Virus record (IMG/VR): IMGVR_UViG_2862465376_000001
Location: 1 to 64,000 of that record
Origin: a virus
Taxonomy: Duplodnaviria > Caudoviricetes
DNA length: 64,000 nucleotides
Strand: one strand, 5' to 3'
Positions within the stretch are counted from its first letter, which is position 1; each line of letters begins with the position of its first letter. This document shows positions 1-9,112 of this stretch, piece after piece. The translations under genes were made by a program, and so were the position numbers. Under the pieces are notes generated by a model. The model did not search any database and was not told where the DNA came from. It was given only the letters and a program-made list of their open reading frames with translations.

Positions 1-24
1 GACGTCACCACCGAACTGGTCAAC

Positions 25-213
25 ATGACCGTGAGCATCGTGGACGGCTGGTACGCCGACACCCGCATTGACTGGGAGGACGTCTACGACCGGCTGGAGC
101 GCGGCGCCGGACTCGACGACGGCCGCCGCATCGACCTCGGCGAGGACCTCGGCTCGCCCGCCCTCGAAGCCCTCAAGCGCCGCGTGCGCGCCGCCCGCCG
201 CGACCACGGCTGA
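25..213 (+). CDS. Hypothetical protein (may begin upstream of the window)
   Basis: ORF with high GC3 codon usage, open from position 1. Confidence 0.7.
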   Translation: MTVSIVDGWYADTRIDWEDVYDRLERGAGLDDGRRIDLGEDLGSPALEALKRRVRAARRDHG

Positions 214-231
214 TCCCTAGGAGCGCACCAC

Positions 232-648
232 ATGACCTTGTCCACCGCCTACCTCGCCAGCCAGCCCGCCCGGGGCCCGGGACTCGACCAGGCCACCGCC
301 CGCCGCCGCGCCCGGGAACTGGCTGGCATCGCCGCCGCCGCGCACAAGGACAGCAACGGCCGCTGGAACACCGACGGATGGCCGACCGACCAGACCGCGT
401 GGATCGTCACCAGCCTCGCCGGGCGCATCATCCTCGACGACGGTTCGACGCCCGCCGCCGCCGTGCCCGGCTCGTACGTCGCATGGGCCGAGGGTCCGCA
501 GGAACGGACCGAACACGGCTACCTGGCCGCCGAACACGACGGGCAGGCTCTCGTCCTCGGCCTGGACGGCACGTACCGCCAGATGCCCGCCGACATCCCC
601 GAGCCGGAACCCGATCCCGACCGGCCCGGCCACTCCCCGCACCCTTAG
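232..648 (+). CDS. Hypothetical phage protein
   Basis: AGGAG RBS, typical codon usage. Confidence 0.75.
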   Translation: MTLSTAYLASQPARGPGLDQATARRRARELAGIAAAAHKDSNGRWNTDGWPTDQTAWIVTSLAGRIILDDGSTPAAAVPGSYVAWAEGPQERTEHGYLAAEHDGQALVLGLDGTYRQMPADIPEPEPDPDRPGHSPHP

Positions 649-657
649 CCTGGACCC

Positions 658-712
658 GGCCGCGCCCCGCCCGCCGATGCCGGGGCGCGGCCCCTCGACC
701 CGCCACGAGGAG
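658..712 (+). promoter_or_regulatory. Tandem CCGCCA-loop leader hairpins (second occludes RBS)
   Basis: GGCCGCGCCCCG/CGGGGCGCGGCC stem with CCCGCCGA in loop, then CCTCG-ACCCGCCA-CGAGG covering GAGGAG. Confidence 0.75.
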
Positions 713-718
713 ACACCG

Positions 719-1132
719 ATGCCCGACCGCCCTGAACAGCACCTCGCCGACCCCGGCCCGGACGCCTCCGTCCGCATCCTCACCGACGACGGATGGACCA
801 CCGTGCCCCCGACCACGCCTACCGCCACCGTGAAGCTCCCCGGGAGCTTCGTTGACTGGCTCACCACCACGCTCGCCGACCTCGGCCCGGCCCCGTCCCT
901 GGACGACGTCCGTGCCGCCCTGCACCGCGCCCGGCGCACCGAACGCCGGATCGGCTACTTCCTCACCCTCGACGCCACCGCGCCCGTGCTGGAGATGCTC
1001 ACCTCCCTCGCCGCCGACTGCATCAACCTCGGCCGCCCCGTCACCGGCCACAACACCCGCGAGGCCGCCCACCGCGCGCGGCTGCGCCTCATCACCGCCC
1101 GCGCCGCCCTCCACGCCCAGGAGCAGCAGTGA
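719..1132 (+). CDS. Hypothetical phage protein
   Basis: GAGGAG RBS then ATG 719. Confidence 0.75.
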   Translation: MPDRPEQHLADPGPDASVRILTDDGWTTVPPTTPTATVKLPGSFVDWLTTTLADLGPAPSLDDVRAALHRARRTERRIGYFLTLDATAPVLEMLTSLAADCINLGRPVTGHNTREAAHRARLRLITARAALHAQEQQ

Positions 1133-1389
1133 GCCACACCATCACCCCCGGACAGACCTACCGCGCGTGCGCCCCGTACCCGTACGGCCCGACCCGCATC
1201 CGTATCACCGCGTACGAGCCGGGTGCGGCGACCGCCGACGCCGCCGACCGCGACAGCGGCGCCCCGTGCGTCGTCCTCGCCGCCGATCTCCACGCCAGCC
1301 CCGCCCACGACGACGGCACGCCCCGCACCGAGGGCTACGCCCTCACCCGCACCCTGATCGCCCTCGCCGCACCCCAGGAGCGCCCGTGA
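1129..1389 (+). CDS. Hypothetical phage protein
   Basis: GTGA overlap with upstream gene. Confidence 0.7.
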   Translation: MSHTITPGQTYRACAPYPYGPTRIRITAYEPGAATADAADRDSGAPCVVLAADLHASPAHDDGTPRTEGYALTRTLIALAAPQERP

Positions 1390-1667
1390 CCGACGACGAC
1401 GAGACCGTCAACGAACAGGCCGTCGTCGCGTACCTGGCCCGCCTGCCCGACGACCCGGCCGCGCTCGCCGCGAAGGCCGCCGAGCAGGAAGCGCGCCTTG
1501 CCTACTGGCTGGCCCAGGCCCGCACCTACAGCTACCGCATGGACCGCTGTACCACCATCGAGGCCCGGCGCCGCAACGCCCGCCGCGCCGGGGTCAGTCT
1601 TCAGCACGCCCAGACCGCCCGCGAGTGGCTCGAAGCCATCCGCCGCAGGACCGAGGAGCGCTCCTGA
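1386..1667 (+). CDS. Hypothetical phage protein
   Basis: AGGAG RBS, GTGA overlap; 3' part of track ORF 852..1667. Confidence 0.7.
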   Translation: MTDDDETVNEQAVVAYLARLPDDPAALAAKAAEQEARLAYWLAQARTYSYRMDRCTTIEARRRNARRAGVSLQHAQTAREWLEAIRRRTEERS

Positions 1668-2281
1668 TGAGCCGACCGCCAAGCGCCGCCGCCCTGCACC
1701 GCCTCGCCAAGGGAGCGAGGGCGCTGGGGAGCACTGCTGCGCCCGAGCGGTACCGGCAGGCGACCGGACGGCTTCCTGATGCTGATGCGATCATCCGGTG
1801 CAGCCGCGAGGAGCAGCTTTCCGTCTCGGTTCTCGCCCGCGTGTATGAGACCAGCGTGCACGCGGTGTATGCCGTGCTCGATGCGGCCGGGCGGTCTCGC
1901 GAGGAGCTGTGGCGGCGCCCGGTTCAGGAGAGCGGGAGGCGCCCTGCCCCGCCTACTCTGCCCGAGTGGCCGGACGCCGTCCGGGACTACGAGGCGGGGG
2001 ACTCTCCTGGCGTCATCGCTGCCCGCTACGGAATGACCACCCACGCCGTCAACAACTCCGTCAAGGATGCCGTTGGAGGCGCGTGGCGCGAGGCCGCCGA
2101 AGCGCGTGCACTGACCACAGAGCAGAACCGCGAGGCCACCGAGGTCCGCTACCGGGCGCGCACCGGCGCTCTGGACGCCGCCGCCGCCGACCTCGGCGTC
2201 TCCACCGACCAGCTGCGTGCCGTCCTCGACGCGCACGGTCTACTCCTGCATGACCTGCCCACCACCGAGGAGCAACCGTGA
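1667..2281 (+). CDS. Putative DNA-binding protein with repeated HTH-like segments
   Basis: TGATG coupling; segments SVSVLARVYETSVHAVY, SPGVIAARYGMTTHAV, LDAAAADLGVSTDQL. Confidence 0.6.
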   Translation: MSRPPSAAALHRLAKGARALGSTAAPERYRQATGRLPDADAIIRCSREEQLSVSVLARVYETSVHAVYAVLDAAGRSREELWRRPVQESGRRPAPPTLPEWPDAVRDYEAGDSPGVIAARYGMTTHAVNNSVKDAVGGAWREAAEARALTTEQNREATEVRYRARTGALDAAAADLGVSTDQLRAVLDAHGLLLHDLPTTEEQP

Positions 2282-2811
2282 GCACTATCCCCGTCCGCGT
2301 GCCCGCCGACACCATGCCGACTGTCCTGGACGCGCCCCGCGTTCTGCCCGAGGGCCATCCCGGGCGCGGTCTGTCCTGCGCCGCGTGCGTCCTGCCGATC
2401 CTCGGCCGGGCCATGGTCACCGTGTACGTGGGCACCGACCCCGACCAGCGCCGCCCCGGCGGGGCCATGCGCGGCACCGGGGTCCCCGTGCACGCCGACT
2501 GTGCCGGGGTGACCGCCGAGACCGCTTGCGAGCACGTGTGGGTGACCGCCCTCGACGGCGACAACGAAAACGAACCGGCCCGCGACGCCGACGGCCGTAC
2601 CTGGGTGCACTGCGGGGTGTGCGGTACGCCCCGGGGCGCCTCGCCCCGCCTGGTGACTCTCAGTACGCCGTGCGCCCGGCCCGACTGCCACCACCCCTAC
2701 AACTGGCACGTCCCCGGCCCGCGCTGCACCGCCGGGCCGGACAGCGCGCCGTGCCCCTGCGCCGCTTTCCAGGCTCCCGCCGACATTCCCGCAACACCCG
2801 AGGAGCACTGA
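2278..2811 (+). CDS. Cys/His-rich hypothetical protein (possible zinc binding)
   Basis: CAAC, CGVC, CARPDCHH..H, CPC motifs; GTGA overlap. Confidence 0.65.
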   Translation: MSTIPVRVPADTMPTVLDAPRVLPEGHPGRGLSCAACVLPILGRAMVTVYVGTDPDQRRPGGAMRGTGVPVHADCAGVTAETACEHVWVTALDGDNENEPARDADGRTWVHCGVCGTPRGASPRLVTLSTPCARPDCHHPYNWHVPGPRCTAGPDSAPCPCAAFQAPADIPATPEEH

Positions 2812-2815
2812 CGTC

Positions 2816-3223
2816 ATGCCTGTCGACGGGCCGGTGGAGGAGTTGCAGGCGGCGGCTGGTCGGCTGCTGGAGCGGGGGGCGCCGCTGGAGGAGGTGGAGG
2901 CGTTCGCCGCTCTGGTGCGGGCGTTCCCGGCCGGGCCGCTGCCGCTGGTCGCCGATCAGCCTGCGGCCCGGGAGCGGGTGTCGTGTGACCGGTGCGGCGG
3001 GGGTGAGCTGTTTGACCTGCTGGGGCACGATGCGATGGGGCACCGGGTGGCGAACCGCCTTGCGCAGCAGAGGGTTTCGACGCTGGCCGAGCTGACGTCG
3101 CGGTCGGCGGAGTGGCTGCTGGACGAGGCCCGGGTGGGGGCGAAGGGGTTCCAGCGGGTGCGGCTGAAGGTGGGTTTCCAGGCGTGGGACGTGATGGTCG
3201 GGAGGAACGCCGCGACCGGGTAG
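2816..3223 (+). CDS. Protein with RNA polymerase alpha-CTD-like (HhH) domain
   Basis: HRVANRLAQQRVSTLAELTSRSAEWLLDEARVGAKGFQRV matches the alphaCTD pattern R..N.L...gi.T...L......LL....lG.K....i. Confidence 0.6.
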   Translation: MPVDGPVEELQAAAGRLLERGAPLEEVEAFAALVRAFPAGPLPLVADQPAARERVSCDRCGGGELFDLLGHDAMGHRVANRLAQQRVSTLAELTSRSAEWLLDEARVGAKGFQRVRLKVGFQAWDVMVGRNAATG

Positions 3224-3249
3224 ACACGCATATCGATGTGCATTAGTGT
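3221..3249 (+). promoter_or_regulatory. Housekeeping-sigma-type promoter with palindromic spacer
   Basis: TAGACA-17 bp-TAGTGT; spacer contains near-palindrome GCATATCGATGTGC. Confidence 0.6.
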
Positions 3250-3250
3250 G

Positions 3251-3323
3251 AGGGTCCTCGCGCTGCTCCGGCCGCCACGGAGAGCGGGGACCCTTTCTTT
3301 CCGCCTCGACCCGCCACGAGGAG
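3251..3323 (+). promoter_or_regulatory. Leader terminator-like hairpin with GCCGCCA loop plus RBS-occluding CCGCCA hairpin
   Basis: AGGGTCC..CTCCG-GCCGCCA-CGGAG..GGACCCT then TTCTTT; CCTCG-ACCCGCCA-CGAGG at 3304-3321. Confidence 0.8.
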
Positions 3324-3332
3324 AACAAGTCC

Positions 3333-3548
3333 ATGATCCGTCGTACTTTCGGGTGGATACTGCTCGCCCTGCCGCTCGCGACCCCTCTCGTCTGGTTCGT
3401 GCTGGACCGGACGCTGCCAGACACCGTGCAGGCCCGCGCGCTGTGTGACCAGCTCACCTTCGCGTACTTCCTCGGCTGCTTCGTCGTCATCCGGCTGGCC
3501 ATGAGCTTCGTCCCGGTCCGGCGCTCGCAGGACGGGACTGGCCGGTGA
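3333..3548 (+). CDS. Small membrane protein (2 TM)
   Basis: GAGGAG RBS, two hydrophobic segments. Confidence 0.7.
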   Translation: MIRRTFGWILLALPLATPLVWFVLDRTLPDTVQARALCDQLTFAYFLGCFVVIRLAMSFVPVRRSQDGTGR

Positions 3549-3892
3549 ACACTCCGATCACCATGCAGGAGGCCCGGGAGCTGGGCGCGCCGGAGTGCTT
3601 CTCCGAGGAGTTCGCGTTCCTGGAGCGCACCGGGGGGCTGCCGCCGTACGCGGGGCCGGTCGAGCCGGACTGGGGCAGCGACGCCTCCTACCTGTACGAC
3701 GACGAGCCGACCGAGCCGCCCGGCTGGTCGGAGGAGCCCGACCCCGAGTGGGTGCGTGAGCCGGAGCCGGAGCCGTGCCAGGGTCCGGCGCGGACCTTCG
3801 AGTTCCTCGGCATGCCCGAGCGCTGGCGCGCGCACGAGGGCGGCTGCTGGGACCTGCACGTCCCGTCCGAGTCCTGCCCGCCGCCGTTCTGA
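3545..3892 (+). CDS. Acidic Pro-rich hypothetical protein
   Basis: GTGA overlap; EP repeats. Confidence 0.65.
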   Translation: MNTPITMQEARELGAPECFSEEFAFLERTGGLPPYAGPVEPDWGSDASYLYDDEPTEPPGWSEEPDPEWVREPEPEPCQGPARTFEFLGMPERWRAHEGGCWDLHVPSESCPPPF

Positions 3893-4018
3893 TCTTCCTG
3901 AACATCTCGTCCGCCCCTGCCTGTTGTACGGGGCCCCGGGGTCGAACCGGGGGCGGACACCATGCGCACACCGCTACTGTGCGCAGTCGTCACACCACAT
4001 CCCAGGGGGGATCCGACC

Positions 4019-4375
4019 GTGAAGGTCACCAGACTCAGCCGTCTCCTGTTCCCGGCCGCCGCCGTCGGCGCGCTGCTGCTCGCCACGGCGTGCGACAACG
4101 TCACCAAGCCGTCGTCGCAGGGCGCGGCCGTGATGTGCGAGGAGTTCATCAAGAAGGGCGACTACCTGAAGTCGCCCGGCTCGGCGAAGTTCTCCGGTGT
4201 CTCGGACACGACGATCAAGACGCTGCGGGCGAAGAAGCCGTGGAAGTACCGGGTCTCGGGCTGGGTCGACAGCCAGAACTCCTTCGGTGCGCTGGTCCGC
4301 AACAAGTACGTGTGCGAGATCAGCACGAAGGACGCCGACACCTGGCACCTCGACGTCCTGGACCTCGGCAAGTAG
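4019..4375 (+). CDS. Putative lipoprotein
   Basis: Signal peptide with lipobox LATAC; LKSPGSAKFS and VDSQNSFGALVR motifs of a common secreted-protein family. Confidence 0.75.
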   Translation: MKVTRLSRLLFPAAAVGALLLATACDNVTKPSSQGAAVMCEEFIKKGDYLKSPGSAKFSGVSDTTIKTLRAKKPWKYRVSGWVDSQNSFGALVRNKYVCEISTKDADTWHLDVLDLGK

Positions 4376-4421
4376 TCCCTGTCATCTCTCATCAGCTTCA
4401 TCAACACCGTCAAGGACGATT

Positions 4422-4919
4422 ATGAGCAGCATGTACACCCCGCCGCCCGCCGACAAGCCGAAGAAGCCGGTCTACCGGAGGAAGGGCTTCTGGATCGGCA
4501 TCGGCGCCCTCCTCGTGGTCGGCTCGGTCGCGAACGCCGTCAACGGCGGCGACAGCAGCACCGACGCGAAGCCGGAGCCCGCCGTCACCGTCACCAAGAC
4601 GGCCACCCCGGCCGCGCCCGCGACGCCCGCCAAGGAGGAGGAGCCCGCCACTCCGGCCGCCGAGGAGACGGTCGAGGAGGAGACGGCCCCGGCCGCCGAG
4701 CCGGAGCCGGTGCCGGACGTCGTCGGCATGAACCACGCCGACGCGATGACCGTCCTGCACACGGCCGGATTCCTGGTCGACGAGGAGTCCGTCAGCCCCG
4801 GCCACACCTTCATCCTCAACAACAGCAACTGGAAGGTGTGCAGCCAGGACCCGCAGCCCGGCGCCACGGACGTTCTGCGCGTCACGATCAACTCCGTGAA
4901 GCTCGACGAGTCCTGCTGA
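4422..4919 (+). CDS. Membrane-anchored PASTA-domain protein
   Basis: N-terminal TM, Pro/Ala/Glu linker, VPDVVGMNHADA...NWKVCSQDPQPG. Confidence 0.75.
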   Translation: MSSMYTPPPADKPKKPVYRRKGFWIGIGALLVVGSVANAVNGGDSSTDAKPEPAVTVTKTATPAAPATPAKEEEPATPAAEETVEEETAPAAEPEPVPDVVGMNHADAMTVLHTAGFLVDEESVSPGHTFILNNSNWKVCSQDPQPGATDVLRVTINSVKLDESC

Positions 4920-4933
4920 CGCGTTCCTGAACT

Positions 4934-4993
4934 GGCGGCGGCGCCTGTGGGCCGCTCGGCGCCGCCGCCCTCCTTCCTGATCCCGCCAAGGAG
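4934..4993 (+). promoter_or_regulatory. Terminator-like hairpin plus RBS-occluding CCGCCA hairpin
   Basis: 12-bp stem 4934-4969; TTCCT-GATCCCGCCA-AGGAG at 4974-4993. Confidence 0.65.
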
Positions 4994-4997
4994 AACC

Positions 4998-5669
4998 ATG
5001 ACCAGCGAGAACGAGTACGCCATCACCGTCACCCGGGCCGACGAGTCCGTCACCCGAATCGGGCCGATCCCCTACCTGCACGTCGCCGAGGCCATGCACC
5101 GGTACTTCACCGGCGAGGCCCGCACGCACACGGCCGGGGCCGCCGAGGCCCACGTGGAGATCGCCGCCTACGACCCGGACGCCGAGCACCTGCCGCTCGT
5201 CTCCTGCAGCACCGACGCCGTGCTCGTCGCGATGGAGGACCCGGAGCAGAACCCCGACGGCCCGTTCCCGGACCTGTGGTCCCGCTTCCGCGCCCAGCAC
5301 GGGTACGAGGAAGCCGAGAAGGTGTGGAGCACCGCCGTCGCGCTCATCGACCAACCCGCCGACGAGGACGACGGCATGGTCACCGTCCGCGTGCCGCGCG
5401 AGACCGCCGAGGTCCTCGCGGGCATCATCGACGGCCACCTGGAGGAGTACCCCTGCCCCGTCGAGGACATGTGGGGCGTGATCGAGGCCGTCCGGCAGAT
5501 GGACGCCGAGCGCGGCGCGGAAATGTACCGGGAGCACCGGTACCGGGTCAACGGCGGCACGGTGTACGACGTCGTCGACAGGGTCGAGGTGGAGACCGAG
5601 TTCGCCGACAGCGACACCGCCCGCGCCTGGGTGAACAAGCACGGCAAGTCCGCCCCCGGGGAGAAGTGA
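4998..5669 (+). CDS. Hypothetical phage protein
   Basis: AAGGAG RBS, ATG 4998. Confidence 0.8.
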   Translation: MTSENEYAITVTRADESVTRIGPIPYLHVAEAMHRYFTGEARTHTAGAAEAHVEIAAYDPDAEHLPLVSCSTDAVLVAMEDPEQNPDGPFPDLWSRFRAQHGYEEAEKVWSTAVALIDQPADEDDGMVTVRVPRETAEVLAGIIDGHLEEYPCPVEDMWGVIEAVRQMDAERGAEMYREHRYRVNGGTVYDVVDRVEVETEFADSDTARAWVNKHGKSAPGEK

Positions 5670-5671
5670 TC

Positions 5672-6040
5672 ATGGGCTGGAGCACGTTTCCCTCTGTCAA
5701 GGTCGGCGACCCGCTGATCCTGGTCAGGTCGAGCCGTTACCGGGCCGACGAGCGCGTCACTGTCTCCCGGGTCGGCCGGACGTGGCTGTACGTCAAGAAC
5801 GACCAGGGCACCGAGAAGAACGCCCGGTTCTCCAAGACGACCGGCCTGGAGGACACCGGCACCGGGGCCAAGGACGCGTTGCAGACCCAGGAGCAGTACG
5901 ACGAGGCGGCGCAGCGCAGGACGCTGTTCCGCGATCTGCGCGAGGCCGGAATCGAGATCAACAAGTGGTCGGTGCAGGACGACCTGACGACCGAGCAGCT
6001 TCGCCAGCTCCTGGCCGTCGTGAAGCCGGAGGGATCGTGA
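5672..6040 (+). CDS. Hypothetical phage protein (small beta-barrel-like)
   Basis: VKVGDPL...TVSRVGRTWLYV; coupled junction. Confidence 0.7.
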   Translation: MGWSTFPSVKVGDPLILVRSSRYRADERVTVSRVGRTWLYVKNDQGTEKNARFSKTTGLEDTGTGAKDALQTQEQYDEAAQRRTLFRDLREAGIEINKWSVQDDLTTEQLRQLLAVVKPEGS

Positions 6041-6351
6041 AGACCTCCGAGAAGCTCCTGGAGCGCCTGCGCAGTGAGCTGGACCTGGACATCCCGGAGG
6101 GTGCCCGGCTGGAGCGGTCGGCGGGCTCGTACCGGGGCGACAACCGGACGCAGGGCGCGTGGGTGTGGCACGTCGTCTGCGAGGACGGCATCCCTCTGCG
6201 TCAGGACTCCGAGGGGCGGCCGTTGGCGATCGGCTCGCAGTGGACCATGAGCGAGCTGGTGGGGGTGCCGCTGGCCGCGCACCCTGATCTGTACGGCGAC
6301 ATCGTCATCGACCCCGCCGATGAGGCTTATGAGGCGATGCACCGTGGCTGA
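6037..6351 (+). CDS. Hypothetical phage protein
   Basis: GGAGG RBS, GTGA overlap. Confidence 0.7.
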   Translation: MKTSEKLLERLRSELDLDIPEGARLERSAGSYRGDNRTQGAWVWHVVCEDGIPLRQDSEGRPLAIGSQWTMSELVGVPLAAHPDLYGDIVIDPADEAYEAMHRG

Positions 6352-6949
6352 GATCAGGCTGGACGGGCTCCTGAGGGCCATCCTCGACACGGCCGAGAAG
6401 AACCGGCGCCGCAACTCCCCGGAGGCGAAGGCGGCCCGCTCCGCCCGGTCGGCGAAGGCGGCCGAGACGCGCAGGGTCCGGCTGGAGGAGCTGCGGAAGG
6501 CCGAGGAGTGGATCGAGGCCCGCATTCCCGACGGGCCGGTCTGCAACGCCATGAGCATCGTCATGGACGCGCAGGAGGTCTTCTGCGTTCGCCCTCCGCA
6601 CCGGAGCGGCAGCCACGAGGATGTGGACGGAACCACCTGGGACGTACTGGAAGAGGAGTTCGAGGACATGCTGAACGTGACCATCGCTGATCTGAGGAAG
6701 CTGCTGGACGGTCCGAGTGACAGTCCGGTGCTGTACGTCTCCCGGGACGAGGACACCGGGGAGCCGGTCCGCCTCGACGTGTGGGACGACGCCTACGTGC
6801 TGTACGCCGACGTCGTCGCGCGCAAGCACGAGCTGGTCGACGCGCTCGGCGGGCCGGACCACCCGGACGGGATCACCGACGGCGCTCTGAAGAACCTGCT
6901 GCCCCTCTACCAGGGGACCGTGGACGGCATCGTGGGCGGGGAGAAGTGA
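6344..6949 (+). CDS. Hypothetical phage protein
   Basis: Overlapping GTG start, codon usage. Confidence 0.7.
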   Translation: MAEIRLDGLLRAILDTAEKNRRRNSPEAKAARSARSAKAAETRRVRLEELRKAEEWIEARIPDGPVCNAMSIVMDAQEVFCVRPPHRSGSHEDVDGTTWDVLEEEFEDMLNVTIADLRKLLDGPSDSPVLYVSRDEDTGEPVRLDVWDDAYVLYADVVARKHELVDALGGPDHPDGITDGALKNLLPLYQGTVDGIVGGEK

Positions 6950-6951
6950 TC

Positions 6952-7461
6952 ATGAGCGTTGCCGACACGTCGCTCTCACCCGAGCGTGAGGCGTACATCA
7001 AGCAGACCGCCAACGAGAACGCCACGGTGCCCGCCACCTTCGTCAGCGAGCTGCTGTGGGAGATCGAGCGGCTGCGCGTCAACGGCGGCGAGAAGCGCCG
7101 CCTGCTGGCCTGCGGCCTGTGCTTCGAGGAGCACGGCGAGGAGGTCCACCCGCACCCCGAGTGCGGGTGGGGCCGGTACCCCGAGCACGACAAGCTGACT
7201 CTGGTCAAGGACAAGTCGCAGGCCGTGTTCGACTTCCTGGAGTCCGTCGGCGAGAAGGGCATCGCCCTCGGCAGGACCGTGGTGACGCGCGTGGCCGTGT
7301 TCGAGGGGACAGAGGAGTGCACGGCCGTCGAGCCGGTTGAGGAGAGGCGCCTTCAGGAGCTGCTGGCCGGGCACTTCGGGGTCGACCTGGCCAGGCTCGA
7401 CGAGGAGAAGCAGCAGATGCTCGACGACCTGGTCGCCATGAACGCCCCGAAGGGGGGCTGA
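6952..7461 (+). CDS. Hypothetical phage protein (CGLC..HPHPEC motif)
   Basis: Coupled junction, codon usage. Confidence 0.7.
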   Translation: MSVADTSLSPEREAYIKQTANENATVPATFVSELLWEIERLRVNGGEKRRLLACGLCFEEHGEEVHPHPECGWGRYPEHDKLTLVKDKSQAVFDFLESVGEKGIALGRTVVTRVAVFEGTEECTAVEPVEERRLQELLAGHFGVDLARLDEEKQQMLDDLVAMNAPKGG

Positions 7462-7464
7462 GGC

Positions 7465-7749
7465 GTGGGTTCCCTGCTCTCCCGTCTGTTCCGGCGCGGT
7501 CCCCGGCCGTCGCCCGCGCCGGATCTGGCCACGCCGGAGCAGCTGGTCCAGCGCCGACGGGTGGTGGTCTTCCTGCGGAAGAACGGGCGCAGCACGCTGG
7601 AGCAGATCAGCGCAGGTACCGGCATCGCCGTCGAGCGCATGCCGAACGTGCTGGCGTTCATGATGATCGACGGCTACGTGGACCTGGTGGTGCGCTCCCG
7701 GGGAGCTGGTGGTCAGGACCTGTACGAAGCCACGGCAAAGGAGCTGTGA
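7465..7749 (+). CDS. Putative winged-helix DNA-binding protein
   Basis: FLRKNGRSTLEQISAGTGI...VLAFMMIDGYV pattern. Confidence 0.6.
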   Translation: MGSLLSRLFRRGPRPSPAPDLATPEQLVQRRRVVVFLRKNGRSTLEQISAGTGIAVERMPNVLAFMMIDGYVDLVVRSRGAGGQDLYEATAKEL

Positions 7750-7751
7750 TC

Positions 7752-8105
7752 ATGGCCGAGTCGATTCACCCGCTGCCGGTGGGGGCGAAGGTCTTCCACG
7801 CGGGCCAGATGTGGGCGCACAACCTGGTGGGCGGGACGGCGGTGATCGTCGAGGTGGCGGGTCCGTACCGGGACGGGTCGTACGAGTACGTGGTGGACGT
7901 CTGCCGGGAGTTCTCCCGGCGGCCGGGGCCGGACAACCCGATGGACCAGCGGTCGCAGTGGGCGTCGTACATGACGCGGCCCGCGCGCGAGCGGTCGCGG
8001 ATCGAGGACCTCCTGGACCGCTCGCTGCTGATCAGGGACCGGGTGATCCCCACGGACATCGTCGACCGTGACCGGCCCGGGTACGGGGAGGTGCCTGGTG
8101 CCTGA
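7752..8105 (+). CDS. Hypothetical phage protein
   Basis: GGAG RBS, GTGATCATG junction. Confidence 0.7.
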   Translation: MAESIHPLPVGAKVFHAGQMWAHNLVGGTAVIVEVAGPYRDGSYEYVVDVCREFSRRPGPDNPMDQRSQWASYMTRPARERSRIEDLLDRSLLIRDRVIPTDIVDRDRPGYGEVPGA

Positions 8106-8664
8106 GCGGCTGCCGGAGCACGCGGAGCTGTACTTCGTGGAGACGGTCTACTCGGGCACCGTGCACATCGAGGTGCGGGTGCCGGTGTGGTGGCGGGCGA
8201 CCAGCGAGCCTACTGAGACGATCAAGATGGGTGATGGCACTGGTCGTGCGCTGAAGGCGCTGCTGGAAACGCCGACCGTGGTGCAGTGCGGCCGGGAGAC
8301 ATATCCACACGCGGAGACAAAGCACCAGTTCACCACTCGGTTCCATGACGGCCAGCTGTGTGGGCGCTGCTATCGGACGCTGCACTCGGAGGACCAGGCG
8401 CGGGCGTTCGAGCATGAGCAGCCGGGCGATGAGGACGCCGAGTTCGACGAGCTGCTGGAGGTGAGCAGCGTGGGTGCGGCGCAGGTGGAGGCCGCGCGGG
8501 AGGAGGTTCCTCCGGAGGTGCAGGAGGAGCTGCGGACGGCGGCGCGGAAGGCGTCGCTGCGGGTCCGGGGGGCGGAGGCGTTCTTGGGGTTCATGGCGGA
8601 GCGGGATCCGGCGGAGCTGGAGCGGCTGCGTCAGGACGCCTGGGCTAGCACAAAGAGAAAGTAA
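8098..8664 (+). CDS. Hypothetical phage protein (possible zinc binding)
   Basis: GGAGG RBS; H..CG..CGRC. Confidence 0.7.
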   Translation: MPERLPEHAELYFVETVYSGTVHIEVRVPVWWRATSEPTETIKMGDGTGRALKALLETPTVVQCGRETYPHAETKHQFTTRFHDGQLCGRCYRTLHSEDQARAFEHEQPGDEDAEFDELLEVSSVGAAQVEAAREEVPPEVQEELRTAARKASLRVRGAEAFLGFMAERDPAELERLRQDAWASTKRK

Positions 8665-8702
8665 AAAAGCATTGAAATGCTGAACGCCTCCTAGGTTTCT
8701 GG

Positions 8703-8780
8703 CATGATTCGAGCACGGCCGCACCCGACCGCCACGGGTCCGCGTCCGTGCTCGTTCTTTCTTCTGACCGCCACGGGAGG
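8703..8780 (+). promoter_or_regulatory. -10 element, leader terminator with ACCGCCA loop, RBS-occluding ACCGCCA hairpin
   Basis: CATGAT; CGAGCACGG..ACCCG-ACCGCCA-CGGGT..CCGTGCTCG-TTCTTT; CTTCTG-ACCGCCA-CGGGAG (two G-U pairs). Confidence 0.8.
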
Positions 8781-8785
8781 ACGCC

Positions 8786-9064
8786 ATGCCGGAGATGACC
8801 GCGCACGACCTGAAGCTCGTCACGCTGGGCGGCACGATCCGCCTGACCGCCCGGCGCAGCGACGGCTGCACCGTCGAGATCTCCCTGACCGAGGGGGCCG
8901 GGCGGGGCAGCGCGACCCGGGCCGTCACCGACGCCGACGGCCGCCTCATCTCCGCCTCCGTTCGCTCCTGGCCGCTGGCCGGACCCGAGCCGGAGGCGGT
9001 CGCGCGTACGCGGACGGCACTCGACATCGCCCGAAAGGGCCTCGCCGAGGCCTCCGCACGCTAG
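8786..9064 (+). CDS. Hypothetical phage protein
   Basis: GGGAGG RBS. Confidence 0.75.
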   Translation: MPEMTAHDLKLVTLGGTIRLTARRSDGCTVEISLTEGAGRGSATRAVTDADGRLISASVRSWPLAGPEPEAVARTRTALDIARKGLAEASAR

Positions 9065-9069
9065 CCTCA

Positions 9070-9106
9070 GAACGTTCCGCCAGTTCCGCCTCGCCGCCAA
9101 GGAGGC
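9070..9106 (+). promoter_or_regulatory. Tandem CCGCCA-loop hairpins
   Basis: GAAC-GTTCCGCCA-GTTC and GCCTC-GCCGCCAAG-GAGGC covering GGAGG. Confidence 0.7.
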
Positions 9107-9112
9107 AGCCTC

